From contig MU058718.1 of the NCBI GenBank assembly GCA_013265495.1, positions 62,001 to 126,000 on the forward strand: a stretch of DNA of 64,000 nucleotides, given 5' to 3'. This DNA is from Vicugna vicugna. Lineage: Eukaryota. This document shows positions 24,499-37,535 of the stretch, one piece after another (within the stretch, counting starts at the first letter, position 1; each line of letters opens with the position of its first letter). Both the position numbers and the translations under genes were made by a program. Under the pieces are notes generated by a model. It saw only the letters and a program-made list of their open reading frames with translations, made no database searches and had not been told where the DNA came from.

Positions 24499-27400
24499 TT
24501 CTAACATATGATTGCATCAATCTTATTCTCCCATTGTCAGGTGTTTAAATGTTCCTTCTCGGCTGCTTATAAGCGGCATAAACATTTGGCTATATTTATG
24601 TGTGGAGAATCATTTTGTTAGTGTAAATGCTCAGAAATGGAATGTTGGATAAAGACAGGATCATTTTTGAGGTTCTTAGTACAAATTACAAAATTGTTTT
24701 ATAAAGGGATGTATAATACAGTTCTCCTATATCATACATTCCTACCAGCAGTGTATCTAAATACCTCTTATAAACCCTCAGCAGCATTCAGAACAAAATT
24801 ATACCAAAGAAAACTTTACCTGCATAAGTGAGGATGATCTCACTGATTTAACCTCACTGATTATCAGAAATAGATCGCTTTTCAACATATCCAGTATCTT
24901 CTGTAAATAGTACGTACATAACTAATTCCGTTTGTCTATTCAGTTATTAGTTTTACTATTCAGTTCTTACTAGTTTTACAAACTAACCCCTAAGAATTTG
25001 TATGAGTTCAACATAATATTGAATGATTACTCTTTGTTTTGTGACTTTTTCCAATTGACTTATTTTTACATAAAGGTTTTAAAAATTCTTGAAGTAAATA
25101 GTTGAGACTCTTTTCTGTACTATTGTTCTAAAGGTTGCTATTTCTGTCTTGTTTTGCCTGACTTTTTACATATTTCACTCTCCTCTTCCAAGATAAATAC
25201 CAGATTCGTATGGCATGAGCCAAATTGATTATACCTTACCCCTAAATAGCTAGCTAGTCAGCCATCTGAAAACTACATATTCTTCTCATTATTTATTTGT
25301 GATGACTCCTTTTGACTTTTATTTTTATGTATGAGTCTCTCCTCCAGTTCTGCCTTTGCTTCAGAAACATACTGTGATAATCCTATTGTACTTATACTAT
25401 ATTGTGGCGTAAATGTGCTTTAATTCTAGTGGTCTGTCTGATAGGACAAGTTTCCCCTCATTGCTTCTCTTTTTATTAGTTCCTCTTAAATATTTAGTCT
25501 TCCAAATAAACTTTAAAATTTTATAACATCTTGCCCCACCTAAAACCAGATTTCTGCATTAGCAGAATTAGTTTGAGAAACATCGTTAAAGTTATCATCA
25601 CTCAGTATCCAAAAACATGAAATGTCTGTTTTAAGTCTTCTTATAGGACTCTCAGTAAGGTCTTTTTTCCCTTCCCTTGTAAGTTTTACAGTTTGTTTTC
25701 CTCTAAGAAATAACTAATGTGTCTTCAAAGTGGGGAAGGCCTGTTTGTAATTCAAGAATCTTTTGAATACAACAAAGCTATAGTTCCTCAGATGCCACCA
25801 ATTTAGTGTCCAGAGTAATTAAGACCTACCAGTGACTGACATAAAGTTGACCTCTGTATATCCTAAAGGAAGGGGGAAAAGCCTGCCAAGTAAATTGAAT
25901 AGTGTAGATATTGGAGGCAAATATGTGCCCTACTCAAGGGAACAAATTTTTTAAGACCTTTGGAAGGATGCTTTCATCAATGTACTATGTATCATTATGA
26001 ATCTGTCTAATTAAAAGTGCAAATTGCCAAGTACAGGCCAAGTACCTATTATAGGTACACAAGAACAAGTTTCTTTAAATATCCTTAATTCAGACCAACT
26101 TTCCTACTTATCCCAAATTAAAAAGAAAAAAAAAACTTTCATGCACACATTTGCCAGAAGTTTCAAATCACAAAAGTAAAGGATAGTCAACACACCGTAC
26201 TGAAGATTGTACAATACACTTCTCTTAAAATTTGTTACTGCATTCAGGCCAAAGAGCAGGCAAAGCTAAATTTCATTCTTGGAAGTCATAGATCATCACT
26301 TTTTTGGAGAGAGGGAATGAGATTTATTAACTGAAATCCAAATTTCTGCTTATATTTATTGTGAGGTAATAGCCGGTCAATGTCTTACTACTGAAATATG
26401 AGTAATTACTATCTGTTGGGATTTTTCCCTGTTTATGCTGTATTGTCTTAGTACTTAACCTAGAACTACATGGTTTAGGTTACTTTTGCTCCAAACTTAG
26501 AGACAAATGCTCCTTATTCCTTATTGTTAACTTACCTAGACTCTTCACCTGCAAAGGGATTAAAAACTCAAGTGCCCAATTTTGGGTGAAAACCTGGGGA
26601 AAGGGACCAAGGAGGCCTCCTTTAGCCTTGGCTCTAGAACTTCAGTGGGGGGTGGTCATGTAGAGCATCCAGTGGAGTCCTAGAAGCTCCTGTGGTCTAG
26701 TTCAACATGGCAAGACCCTGCAGAGCTATTTTGAAAGTAAGGCCCCAACAAGGGTGAATACCTTTTGCCTAGAAAACATTAAGAGTATTGAAATTTCCAA
26801 TGCATTTTGAATTTCACTGTATTAAATAATGGATCCTAGCTCTTCCCTAGTTAGAAACTATAGAACACCAATGCACATAATACAAAGGTTTCAAATTGCC
26901 ACCTATTTGTATCACACACTATTGGCAGGGTCTTTGAAAATAACTTATCCACGTAAAATTGTCTTACTCCCTGAGGTGCCAAAAACTTCAGCCACTGTGT
27001 GCAAGGCTACGTCTGAATGTTGTAATCATAGTTAAATGAGCTGAAGACAAAGAGGCTCTACTGCCCTACTTTGTCACAGTCCCTGACAACAAAGGGACCT
27101 GTGTCACGCCTACCATTGCTTTCCCAGGTCCGTGCTGCTTCTCCATGGCTGACATGGCATTTAGGATCTATTTTTCTCAAACCACAGCAAAATGAATAGT
27201 AGAGCTAGGATCTGCTGGGACCATATGCAATGAACAGCAAATATATCAGCTTTCACATCTAAGATGAGACATAATAGAGTTAACATTTGTTGAGCACTCA
27301 ATGTGCCAGGCACTGTGATAAGTAAGGGCTTTTATGTGGGTTCTACCTAACTCTGTGAGGTTGTACTTAATACCTCGGTCTCCTCCCCTGTGAAATGTGG

Positions 27401-29984
27401 ACGATGGAGAGGTTAACTAACCTCAACAATGTCGAACAGCTGCATGTCCCGCAGCACGCGTGAGCACTGAAGCAGCCTGGCTCCATACCCCGCCATCTTC
27501 ACATACTCGCCCTGTCCTTCCTCCTCTGTAGGTGTCTATGAAAGCACCTGTGTGGTCTTTTGGGCAACTTCCCCCAATCCTCCTTGTCAGCTGAAGGAAT
27601 GATAAATATTCTTAGTGGTGAGAGGCAGCAGGTATGGTGGCTAAGAGGCAGGACACTGAAAACCAATCATTTATTTGAATCCAGGCTTTACCATTTATTG
27701 GCTGTGTGACCTTGGGAAGTTGAAGTTCTTCACCTTGATTTCCACATATGTAGAAGGCAGGTAGTCATAGGAGCTACCTGCCAAGCATTGTGAGGAGGCA
27801 GAAAAACAATGCCTGGCGTGTAGTAAACATGGCATAAATATTAGCTATTATCACCTCCATGAAAGCCCACTCTTCTTGTTTTCACCCTGGCATTGAAAAA
27901 GACAAAATTTTGCTCTCATGCCTTGCCCAGATGATAGGAATATGAAATTTAAAGAGGCTTTAGTAAAATGGATCACATTTACTTATGTCCTTCCAGCTTA
28001 GGAGCTGGGTCTTTATTACTGAGGATCACTGTTACTCAGCTGTATGTCAGTGGAAATGGGTAGGTCGGAGGGCAGCATAAAAACAGCAAGACTTACTAGT
28101 GAGTGGGTCAGAGAGATAACAGAATATCCTCATCAATTGTTACTGGTAATCCACCACTAATAGCGCTTAGTATGTACTGTAAAATGTGTATTTTGAGGGA
28201 TTTAATCCTGTTTTTTTTTAATTTGTAAGATTTTCACTTATGGGCACACACATATGGTATCACTTGAGAAAATAAGATGTGTAGTTGTGACTTGGTGTAA
28301 GAACAGAATTGGAAAATCCAAGTAGTATTGGAAATTGGTATTTGGGCAGGCTAAGGGGTAGGGATGAGTGTACAAACATTGTCGACAGTGACAGATATTT
28401 AATAGACTTTGCATGCCTACCAGGTACACGTACTGTTTTAGGTGCTGAGGGTGCAAAAGCAAATTTAACATACTCTTCATCTGGCAAAAATCCAGCCCTG
28501 GTAAAGGAGACAGACAAATTATGCAATACTGGCTTTTACAGAACCAAATGATAAGTAAGCCATGTATAACTTGGACCAGCCATCCCAACATCCCTAATCC
28601 TGAAGTACGTTCTTCTAGGATAATAAAAATGGCTTAGAACTTGTAAAATGTTATGGTTTGCAAAGGGATTTTTACAAACATTTGCTCATTTAGCCCTTAT
28701 AGCAACCCTGTGAGAAGGTTGTTGTCCTTATTTAATGGGTAAGGAAACAGAAACTCAGAAGTTAAACAACCTACCTGTAATTTCAAACCTAATTAGTGGT
28801 AGAGTGGGCATTTAAGCCCATGTAGTTTGATCTCAAGTAGATCCTTTCTCCAATGCACCAGCCACAGATCTTCTATCTCAGTCACTGTGGTTAGAAATGG
28901 TGTTTATCCCCCAAAGTGGTGTTCACCATTACCTGAAGGAAAGGACTGGTAGGTTTTGCTTAAAAGGCAAGGGTCATCTAATCAGAGTCTGGTGCCACAA
29001 ATTGGGATGTTTGGTTGTAGATTGATTATTAGAATTATGGGGCCAATTTAGATTCCCTTAAAATTTTGATGCCAATATTTCAACGAGGAAATAATTGATT
29101 AAATTGACCAAATCCCCTCATTGTAATACTCAGTTACAATTTCTGGCAATGTTTATTTGATGCCTTTCGGTGTAAGTGAAGGAACACTGGGTACACGAGG
29201 TCTTCTTCCATAGTTGCTACTCATGATTCAGGAAAACTTCAACTTTTTGGACCTCATTTTCCCACACAGGAAATTAAGAAATTGTACTAGATAATCTCCT
29301 GAAAGCCCTTTGTGTCTAAAGTTGTTTTTCTATGATATAAAATAATGATCACTCTCAATGTCTGTTCCCTCTTGGGTGCTGCGTATTTTTTACCCTCTAA
29401 GGGCTGCCAGAATGCTACACTCTTCTGAGCTCAAATGTAATTTTTTTAAAAAGTGTTATGATAAAACTTAAGTACATAGTTAACCAAATGCTGGACCTAG
29501 ACACTCTTGTTACTCAATTAAATATAAAAAGAACCTTAGTTTGGGGGAAAGGGGCACTAGGTGAATGTGTGTGAGTTTGCTATACCTACTGTACTTCCCT
29601 GTCTCCCAGTTAAGAAGGCTGTTCCATTCAGATATACCCAGAAGCTGAAAAAGTCCACCAGACCAGAGGCAGGGAGTCTCTTTTTAATGGTGTTGTACTT
29701 ACTTTCCCAACTCACTGTGTGTTTTCTACAAAACTAGTCTCTTTAGAAACTAAAATGTTAGTGCTGTTACTAAAATCTGCTGAGACTTAGGGATTTTTCC
29801 TACCTCAAAGGTACCAAGTTTCTGTTATCCATGTCAATAACTCACCCTCCTCCTCACCCCACATCTTTGAGGGTAGAGACTCAGAGAATAAACTCCTTGG
29901 CAATGAATAAGTAATCTTTTGCCCTTACCTTCCCTCCACAAATTTTAAGCTTATAAGTACTTTATCTTTGATTCTTAAAAAATT

Positions 29985-30690
29985 TTTTAATTGATTGAGA
30001 TGAAATTCACACAGCATAAACCTAACCATTTAAAAATGAACAATTCAAGCACATTTAGTTCATTCACAATGTCATGCAACCACCACCTCTATCTGGTGCC
30101 AAAACACTTCCACTGCTCCAAAATAAAATTCTGTATCATTAGGCAGTTCCTCCCCATTCCTCCCTCTCCCTAGCCTCTGGCAACTACCAATCTTCATTCT
30201 GTCCCTGTGAATTTACCTCTTCTGGAGATTTCATATAAATGGAATTTTACAATATGTGACCTTTCATCTCTGGCTTCTTTCACTTAGCATACTGTTTTTG
30301 AGGTTCATCCACCTTGTAGTATGCGTCAGTGCTTCACTCCTTTTTATGGTGGAATAATATTCCACTGTATGTATATATCACAATATGTTTACACAGTCAT
30401 CTGTTGATAGACATTTGGGTTTCTACTTTGAGGGTATTATGCATGGTGCTACAATGAATATGTATCTTCTTGCGTGTTATTTGTTTGAGTACTTGTTTTC
30501 AAATCTGGGGGGTGTATACCCAGATACCCAGGAGTGGAGTTGCTGGGTCACATGGTAATTCTTACTTTAACATTTTTGCGGAACTGCCAAACTGTTTTCC
30601 TTAGTAGCTGAACCATTTTACATTCCCACCAGCAATGTGTGAGGGTTCCAGTTTCTCAGTCTCTTTGCCAACACTTGCCATTTTCCTTTT
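29985..30690 (-). mobile_element. Ancient L1M (L1MB-like) 3' end
   Basis: Typical motifs TCATATAAATGGAAT, CTTTCACTTAGCAT, CATTCCCACCAGCAATG. Confidence 0.8.
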
Positions 30691-31739
30691 TTTTTATAAA
30701 TTATTATAGCTCATCCTTGATTCTGAATCCTTATTTCTACCTATTTCTCAAATCTGGCGATCCTCCTTTTGGTAATTCCCACTCATTAGTCCTATCATTA
30801 AGCCAGATAACCACCTTTCACAGGTTATTTCTGCTCTCACTGAGCCTTCCTCCTCTCTAAGTTTATAGCACTCAAGAATGAGTAGGTATCACCTTAATCT
30901 ATTTTCCATTTTTCTTCGTGCTAACAGTTTTTATATTCTTTTCATTAATCTACTTGCCTGCTGCCCAATAATATCAGATAATAGTTTCCTGATTAGCTGA
31001 CAGTTTCATATAAACACAAGTGCTACCAGTCCTTAACCCTTAACACAATGTGCCTGCATCGCTTTGAAGTGGAAAGTAGTTAGTACTGGTTGGTGGTGGT
31101 GAGAAATATGAGTAGTGATGGACTGATCATCTCTCTCAAGGGTGGGGACAGTGTCTAACTCATATTTTTATCCATCTTAACTCCTTGAACTGTTATAATT
31201 AAAGATACCTTGAAACTTATCTCTAAGGGTAACAATGGTACATTTTTTCCCCCTAATAATCCCATCCCATATACTGAAAATTTAAAACTTTAGTTCCATT
31301 TGTCTCACTCTGTTAGTCAACCTAGGCATCAGGATGTTAACTAGAGAACTAGAGATGAGTGAATCAAAGGAAGTCCCTTTTGCTGGTAGCTAAGGGCCCA
31401 CAGGTGCTGATGAAGGTCATGTTCTGTGGTCACGTTCATGACACACTGAGAGATAACATCCCCATTTCATACTGTGCCCTACCAGGCTGAAGACATACTG
31501 ATACGCCCACATAGCAGAAGTACTAGAAAACTCTGCTCTAGGGTATGTATTTGTGGGAAAGTGGCTATAGTCACGAAATCCTTTTGTCTTTACCAGGAAT
31601 AAATGCCACTTCTCAGGTATGCCAAAAGAGACATCATTGTATTAAAAAATAATTGGAGATGACAATGAAATTCTAGTTTTAAGAAAATTTTGGTATTGTT
31701 TTTATATTAAAGATTATGTAAACTTGGATTTCTTTATAG

Positions 31740-31816
31740 GTGCCAAAGAACGTTCTGAGATCTATGAAGCATTTGAAAACATCTATCCTATTCTAAAGGG
31801 TTTTAAAAAAACCTGA
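31740..31816 (+). CDS. TBPL2: TBPL2 terminal coding exon 7 ([25 protein letters not shown])
   Basis: TAG| acceptor; TBP C-terminus; TGA at 31814-16; exon lengths sum to 1032 nt = 343 aa + stop. Confidence 0.97.
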
Positions 31817-31920
31817 GTATGTCATTCAACATCTCATAGTATATTGGTTTGAATATGTGCATATGCCCAGCACAGAAACAGCTGGATTGTAGATGTTCCA
31901 TGCACATTTTGACTTTAGTT

Positions 31921-31926
31921 ATTAAA
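31921..31926 (+). terminator. Candidate TBPL2 polyadenylation signal ATTAAA (alternatives ATTAAA 32035-40, AATAAA 32322-27)
   Basis: First hexamer signal about 105 nt after the stop codon. Confidence 0.5.
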
Positions 31927-33339
31927 GTGTGGTTAAGAAATGAAGAAACTTTTTCAAAATAATTCTCGTATGTTAACAAGTAAACTTATTTCAGAATTTG
32001 AAAGATTACAGCTTTGCTAGAATGGTATTGCAACATTAAAATTTAATGCTCTGCTCCTGTTAAAAGATGTAGTACCTTAACATGTGCTCTCTGAAAATAC
32101 ATAGCAATATATAGACATTTCAAGTAACTGCACAAAATAGCAGGATGGAAATTGCCTGGTTTTTGCCTTTTTAAATATTGAGTAGATGATCCTGGCCATT
32201 AGGTACAGACTTTGTGAAGGATCCTGTCAGAATACAAATGAAACATGAGAGTCTGAAAAATTAAATAATTAAATATCCTTTCGTTTGAAATGGTCACAGA
32301 AAATTATTTCTCTCCCTTAAAAATAAATCTCAAACTTTCAGGAACCTTTTAGGTTTAGTATAAGCTCTATTTTGAAAACAGTTTAGGGATTTTGTGCTTT
32401 TTTGGGTACTTTTATAATCCTATCTAATTATATTAAAATAGATGGGATAAGACTAAGAGGCTGGAGCAAAGCTTTCAGATTCAAGACCTTATTAGGTTGT
32501 GGAACCATCCTTATTTGATGGAGATATGGAGGTTAACAGGGAGGGCTGGGCTAACATGAGTCATGGATCTTGTTCCCAAGAGGTCAGTGGTTCTGTCTTT
32601 CACTAAGATAAGGAAACATTTTGGGGAGGGAGAGTTCAGTTCAGTTTTTTAATTTCTGAGTTTGTGGTGGTCACAATACATTACTTTAAGCCTAATGTAG
32701 ACAGTTATGAATTTGGGGATATGGAACTTGGGAGAGAAGCCCTAGTGGGAGAGAGAATTTAAGGCAGTCATGAATTTACAACCTACCGAAATAATCCTTG
32801 AGCATCACTGATCTAGATCATTTGAACTCTGAGCCCAATTTTTTTTTCCTTCTGTAGTTTAGAGGCATATTCATACACTAGTTACTCCGATATAATCCTC
32901 CGATCCACCCTATTTACCTCCACAGAAAGATTTTTGGAATAATCTATGTTAAATTCTACTCAGTTTAGTTTCTTTCTCAGGGCACGCACGGCCCAGAGTA
33001 GGGGCCAAACGCTGGACATTAAAATTTATTTTTCAGAAAGACAGAACTTTGATTTCCACGTTCAGTATGGTTGTTTCCACTGGTTAGCTATTAGCGGTTA
33101 AGTACTTATCACATTACTATTAAACGAATTTACTTATTAATCAGACGTTAGGTAGGTACTGTAATTCTCTCCATTTTAACAGGTAAGAACACACGCACAG
33201 AGAGATGAGGAATTAGCCCCGAATCCCACAGCTAAGGTGGGTGAGCCAGAAAACTCAACTTCGCTCCAAGACCCAGCTCCCTCACCCAACTCTGCTGTAG
33301 TTTTAGCCAAATTTAAAAGCCTTCATAGCGAGTTGCAGA

Positions 33340-34140
33340 AATCCCCTTACTGCGGTCCCAATCCGTTTTCCCAGAATCCTTAGGGCATCGTATTACTATT
33401 TCTTGCATAAGTTTGAGGCGTTAACTTGTAGCCTGGGCAGGATGGAGCCACTGATGACATTTTGTTGGGCGGATTCGCCCCTCTAACATAATTCTTCCTG
33501 CTTCGGGACCGCCGCCCTTGAACGGTCAGGAAGATCGTCAGCGCCTCCGGCCTCGGGCAGCCGAAGGCTGGGTCAGGCTGGGAGAGGGTTGGTGCGATCC
33601 CCGCCGCGCTCCCGGCACCTCCCCCAGGCCCCTCCTCCTCGCCCAGGATGCACCGGGTTGAAAACAAAATCCCACGTGACTGGATCTGTTCTCAGGCCAT
33701 CATGGCGTCTCCCAGTGGGAAGGGAGCCCGGGCGCCAGAGGCTCCTGGCTGCGGGCCCCAGCCGCTCGCCCCGGACCTGGTGGATTCCGTGGACGACGCA
33801 GAAGGGCTCTACGTGGCGGTCGAGCGGTGCCCGCTGTGCAACACCACTCGCCGGCGGCTGACCTGCGCCAAGTGTGTCCAGAGCGGCGATTTCGTCTACT
33901 TCGACGGCCGCGACCGTGAAAGGTACGGCAGCCGCCACGGCCCTATTGTTTCTTCCCTGGGTGTCTCCGCCCGCTGGGAGGCTGGAACCTGGGCCCGAGT
34001 GTGGGCCCCGGAGTCCGGCGAGAGGAAGGCGAGGTAGGGAGGGTAGCTGCTTTGCGCCGGCTCTTTGCTCCAGGGGACAGAGCCGGGGGTGGAGGCCAGA
34101 TAAGGGAAGGTCGCCGTTTTCCGGTAACCCACTAGAGAGG
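33340..34140. promoter_or_regulatory. ATG14: ATG14 CpG island promoter with CLEAR/E-box CCCACGTGAC at 33671-80
   Basis: CpG-dense segment spanning exon 1; CACGTG at 33673-78. Confidence 0.85.
33702..33922 (+). CDS. ATG14: ATG14 coding exon 1 (MASPSGKG...CPLC...CAKC...DRE)
   Basis: Matches recalled ATG14/Barkor N-terminus with two CXXC motifs and Ser29; donor AG|GTACGG, phase 2. Confidence 0.97.
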
Positions 34141-35149
34141 AGTCTGACCTCACGGTGCACCTGGGTCCTAGGGAAGAGGGATAGATTGTGACTGTGGAGA
34201 GGTCTTTCCCTGTTAACTGCCATAGAGATGGATTCTCTGTACTTCGCTGCACTTCCATTCAAAAGCTTTGTTTAACATGTATCTTCGAAAGCACATTCAT
34301 CCTCTAGAGGAGAGGCCAGAAGGGAATCAAATAACTGGTTAAGAGGGATTCGGGCCCTGGTAACCTGTGTCACAGATGGACCTTGTTATCAGACGTACTT
34401 ACTCTAATGTGTGAGGTCGACTATCTGGTTCCTCCCTTTTCCCCTCTGCCTCCAAAGATTGCTTTGGATGCTAAGGAGTTTGGGGGTGTATTGTGGCTTT
34501 GTTTTAAAATCCAAACTAGGAGCTGCAAGCCCTTAGTGAAGAGGATTGAATTTAGGAACACGTTTTGGCCTTGTTTTGAAATTTAAACAGACCTATAAGT
34601 CTTTGGTTAAGATAATTGAAAAATTAGTGTGATTAGCTGCAAGGTTTCTCACTCCCAACTTTTGTTTAAATAACTTAGTGTCAGTGATAGTAAGACAGCT
34701 CACTTTTTGAGTGCAAAAGTTCAGGTATTAATTCATTTACAACAATCCAACAAGTTGTTATCCTCAACTTACTGCTAAGGGAAGTGGCCCAGTACCTTGC
34801 CATGGGTCACATAAATAATAAGTGTGGGGACCAGAATTAAAATCTACGCAGCCTGAACCCATGTGCCATGTATTTAATCACTGAATTGTATAGCATCTAT
34901 AGTTGGAATTATGTTTTAAATACCTGATAGTCTGATCATGAGTGGTGTTCATTTTTTTCTTTTTCTTTTTCTTTTGAGATTTGCATGGTTACATCTTTTT
35001 AGTTTATCGCTGTGTCCCATTGACGATGACTTTAGAAACTGCTGATGTAGTAAGTAACAGCTTTAAAAATGAGAACAGTTTTATTATAAGGTTACTAGGT
35101 AGGAAATAGAAATATCTGATGGAGTTTATCAGGGGTTCAGTTCTGGACA

Positions 35150-36103
35150 CTAGTCTCTATTTACTTTTTCCTAGATCCATTCCCATGGTTTAAATATCGT
35201 CAGTATTCCGAAGACTTGTATCTCCAACTGAGGCTTTTGTGAAATCCAGAAAATAACTGTCTACAGTGTATTTAAATCTGTAATGAATATACATCTTAAT
35301 ATGGCAAAGTGAATTCATGGTTTTCCGACATAAATCTCTTTCTCTCACGCTCATATCATCCCAGTAAATGGTAACCTCATTCTTTGGCACAAGCCAAAAA
35401 AATCTTCCAGTCTTCCTTGACTCTCTTAATGCCACCGTTATCTAATCCCTTCAACAAATCGTATCAGCCCTTCAAAACCTGTCCTAAATCAGACCCTTTT
35501 ACCACCTCCTGGTCTGATCCACCAGAGGATTAGTGCCTCTTGAATCTGTTTCCACCCTTGCTCCCTTGTTTCCATGTTGCAGCCTGAGTAACACCACTCT
35601 TCCAGTCCTCTGTTCACATCTTCTGGAGGGTTCCTATTTTACCCAAAGTGAAAAAAGCAAGAGTCCTTAAGCAAAGTTACATATTGCATGTTCCTCCTCT
35701 GATCTCCTGTTGCTTTTTCCCTTACCTACTCTGTAGTACCACCCTGGCCTTGCCAGTCCTCAAACGTACCAAGAACACACCTGCTTCAGGACCATTGCAG
35801 TCTTATTCAGACTGCCAGAAACTCTTCTCCCAGAAGTCTTCAGGGCTGCTTCCTTTGTTTCCTTTAGGTCTCTACTTATACATGAGAGAAACTTTCTCTG
35901 ACCTTTCAGTTAAAATAGTAAACTTCTTTCCCACTTAACCTTCTTTATTGTTTGTATAGCACTTATTACCATTTTATGGCTTACATGTTAATTTGTCTAA
36001 CTGCTCTCCACTCAAGTGATGTAAACTCTGTGAGGACAAGACAGTTTTGTATTCTGCTGTATCCCCACATAGTAGAAGCTCAATAAAGATTTGTTGAATG
36101 AAT
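35150..36103 (+). mobile_element. L2 3' fragment
   Basis: Ends with CTCAATAAAGATTTGTTGAATGAAT, the L2 terminus. Confidence 0.75.
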
Positions 36104-37276
36104 CTACCCTTCCTTCCCAAACTCAGTCTGATCCTTAACCACTTCATTATTATCATGACCCATTTGTTACTAAAGCCAGAAACCTGAGAGTTATCCTAGC
36201 TTTTCCTTTTTTTTTTTTATTCTATGTGTCCAAATCATTGACAAGTCTACTTTGATCTGCTCCAGAGTAGATCTTGAATCTGTCTACTTATAGTCGAGAC
36301 CACTATCATTTCTCTTCTGGCTACTTATTGGTTTCCTTTCTTTTATATATGCTGATCCCCACCAGCCCCCCTCTGGCCCCCTGCACAGCAGCAACAGTAG
36401 AAATGTAAATCAGATGATGTCACTGTTTTGCTTAAAGCTTTCTACTTTGTTTAAAATAAAATTCAACATCCTGACTGTGGCATATTGAGCCCCATGTGAT
36501 TTGGCTTCTGCCTTCTAACTTTGGCTGTAAGGTTGAGTTTAAAATGTGATCTTTGGATTCAAACTGCACTCAATTGCATCCAAGCTCCACCACTTGTTAT
36601 GTGATTTTGAGCAAGTTTCTTAGCCTCTCATGTGCTTAATTCATTTTGAAAATGGTGGGGTATCTAACGTCATAGGTTTCTGGTAGTGATTACATAAGAG
36701 TATGCACTGAGGTATTTAGCATGACATCTGGCATGTATTAAGCACTCACAGAATAAACTCATGCCTTGTTCCCTCATGTTCACAGCTCCTCGGTCAGGGG
36801 CCTTCTCTCAGATCCTCAAACACGTGAAACTTTTCTACCCCTGGGCCCTTTTCCTTGCTGTTCCCTCTGCCTGGAACACTTTTCCTCCTGATTGGTACCT
36901 TGACTTTAGGGTCTCAGCTTAAATGTCATTTCCCTGGAGAGGCCTTCCCTGACCTTCACTAAGGTAGGTCCCTACTTCCATCTCCCTCACCGTTATTTTC
37001 TGTCACAATACTCAATTCTTCCCTGGTGTTGAGCATGGTAATTGGTGTATTTATTAGAGGAGGGTAATTGCATCCCAGATGTAGTTCCATGCAGGCATGA
37101 ATTCTGGTTTTGTTCAGTTCGATCCCCAGTACTTAGAGCAGCGGCAGTGGGTAGCACGTCATAGGCAAATTGTTTAAGAAATGGCAAAGGCAAGACAACT
37201 TTAAACACTGTAATACAAATTATTTTCAGAAAAGGGATGTGTTCTAGTGGGTTTCTTTTTATAACTAAGCAGAAAA

Positions 37277-37535
37277 GGAGGGTGGGTGGGAAGGGACAGA
37301 CCAGGAGTTCGAAGTTTGTAGATACTGACAGGTGTATGTAGAATAGATAAACAAGATTATACTGTATAGTGCAGGGAAATACATACAAGATCTTGTAGTA
37401 GCTCACGGTGAAAAAGAATGTGACAATGAATATATGTATGTTCATGTATAACTGAAAAATTGGGCTCTGCACTGAAAATTGACACAACATTGTAAACTGA
37501 CTATACTCAATAAAATAAAATTAAAAAAAGAAAAC
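37277..37535 (+). mobile_element. 5'-truncated L1 3' UTR with poly(A) and 14-bp TSD
   Basis: G-rich tract, ...GACACAACATTGTAAACTGACTATACTCAATAAA, A tail; TSD AACTAAGCAGAAAA at 37263-76 and 37536-49. Confidence 0.88.

Noticed and set aside
26974..27016. AG|GTGCCAAA mimic of the TBPL2 exon 7 start (would give GAKNFSHCVQGYV*)
   Set aside because: Only 10 nt match, weak GAG acceptor, and no further similarity; consistent with chance
27075..27103. Short hairpin CACAGTCCCT...AGGGACCTGTG
   Set aside because: About 10-bp stem, too short for a miRNA and no ncRNA motifs
33573..34262. 229-aa antisense ORF over ATG14 exon 1
   Set aside because: Long stop-free frames are expected in GC-rich CpG islands; no recognisable protein
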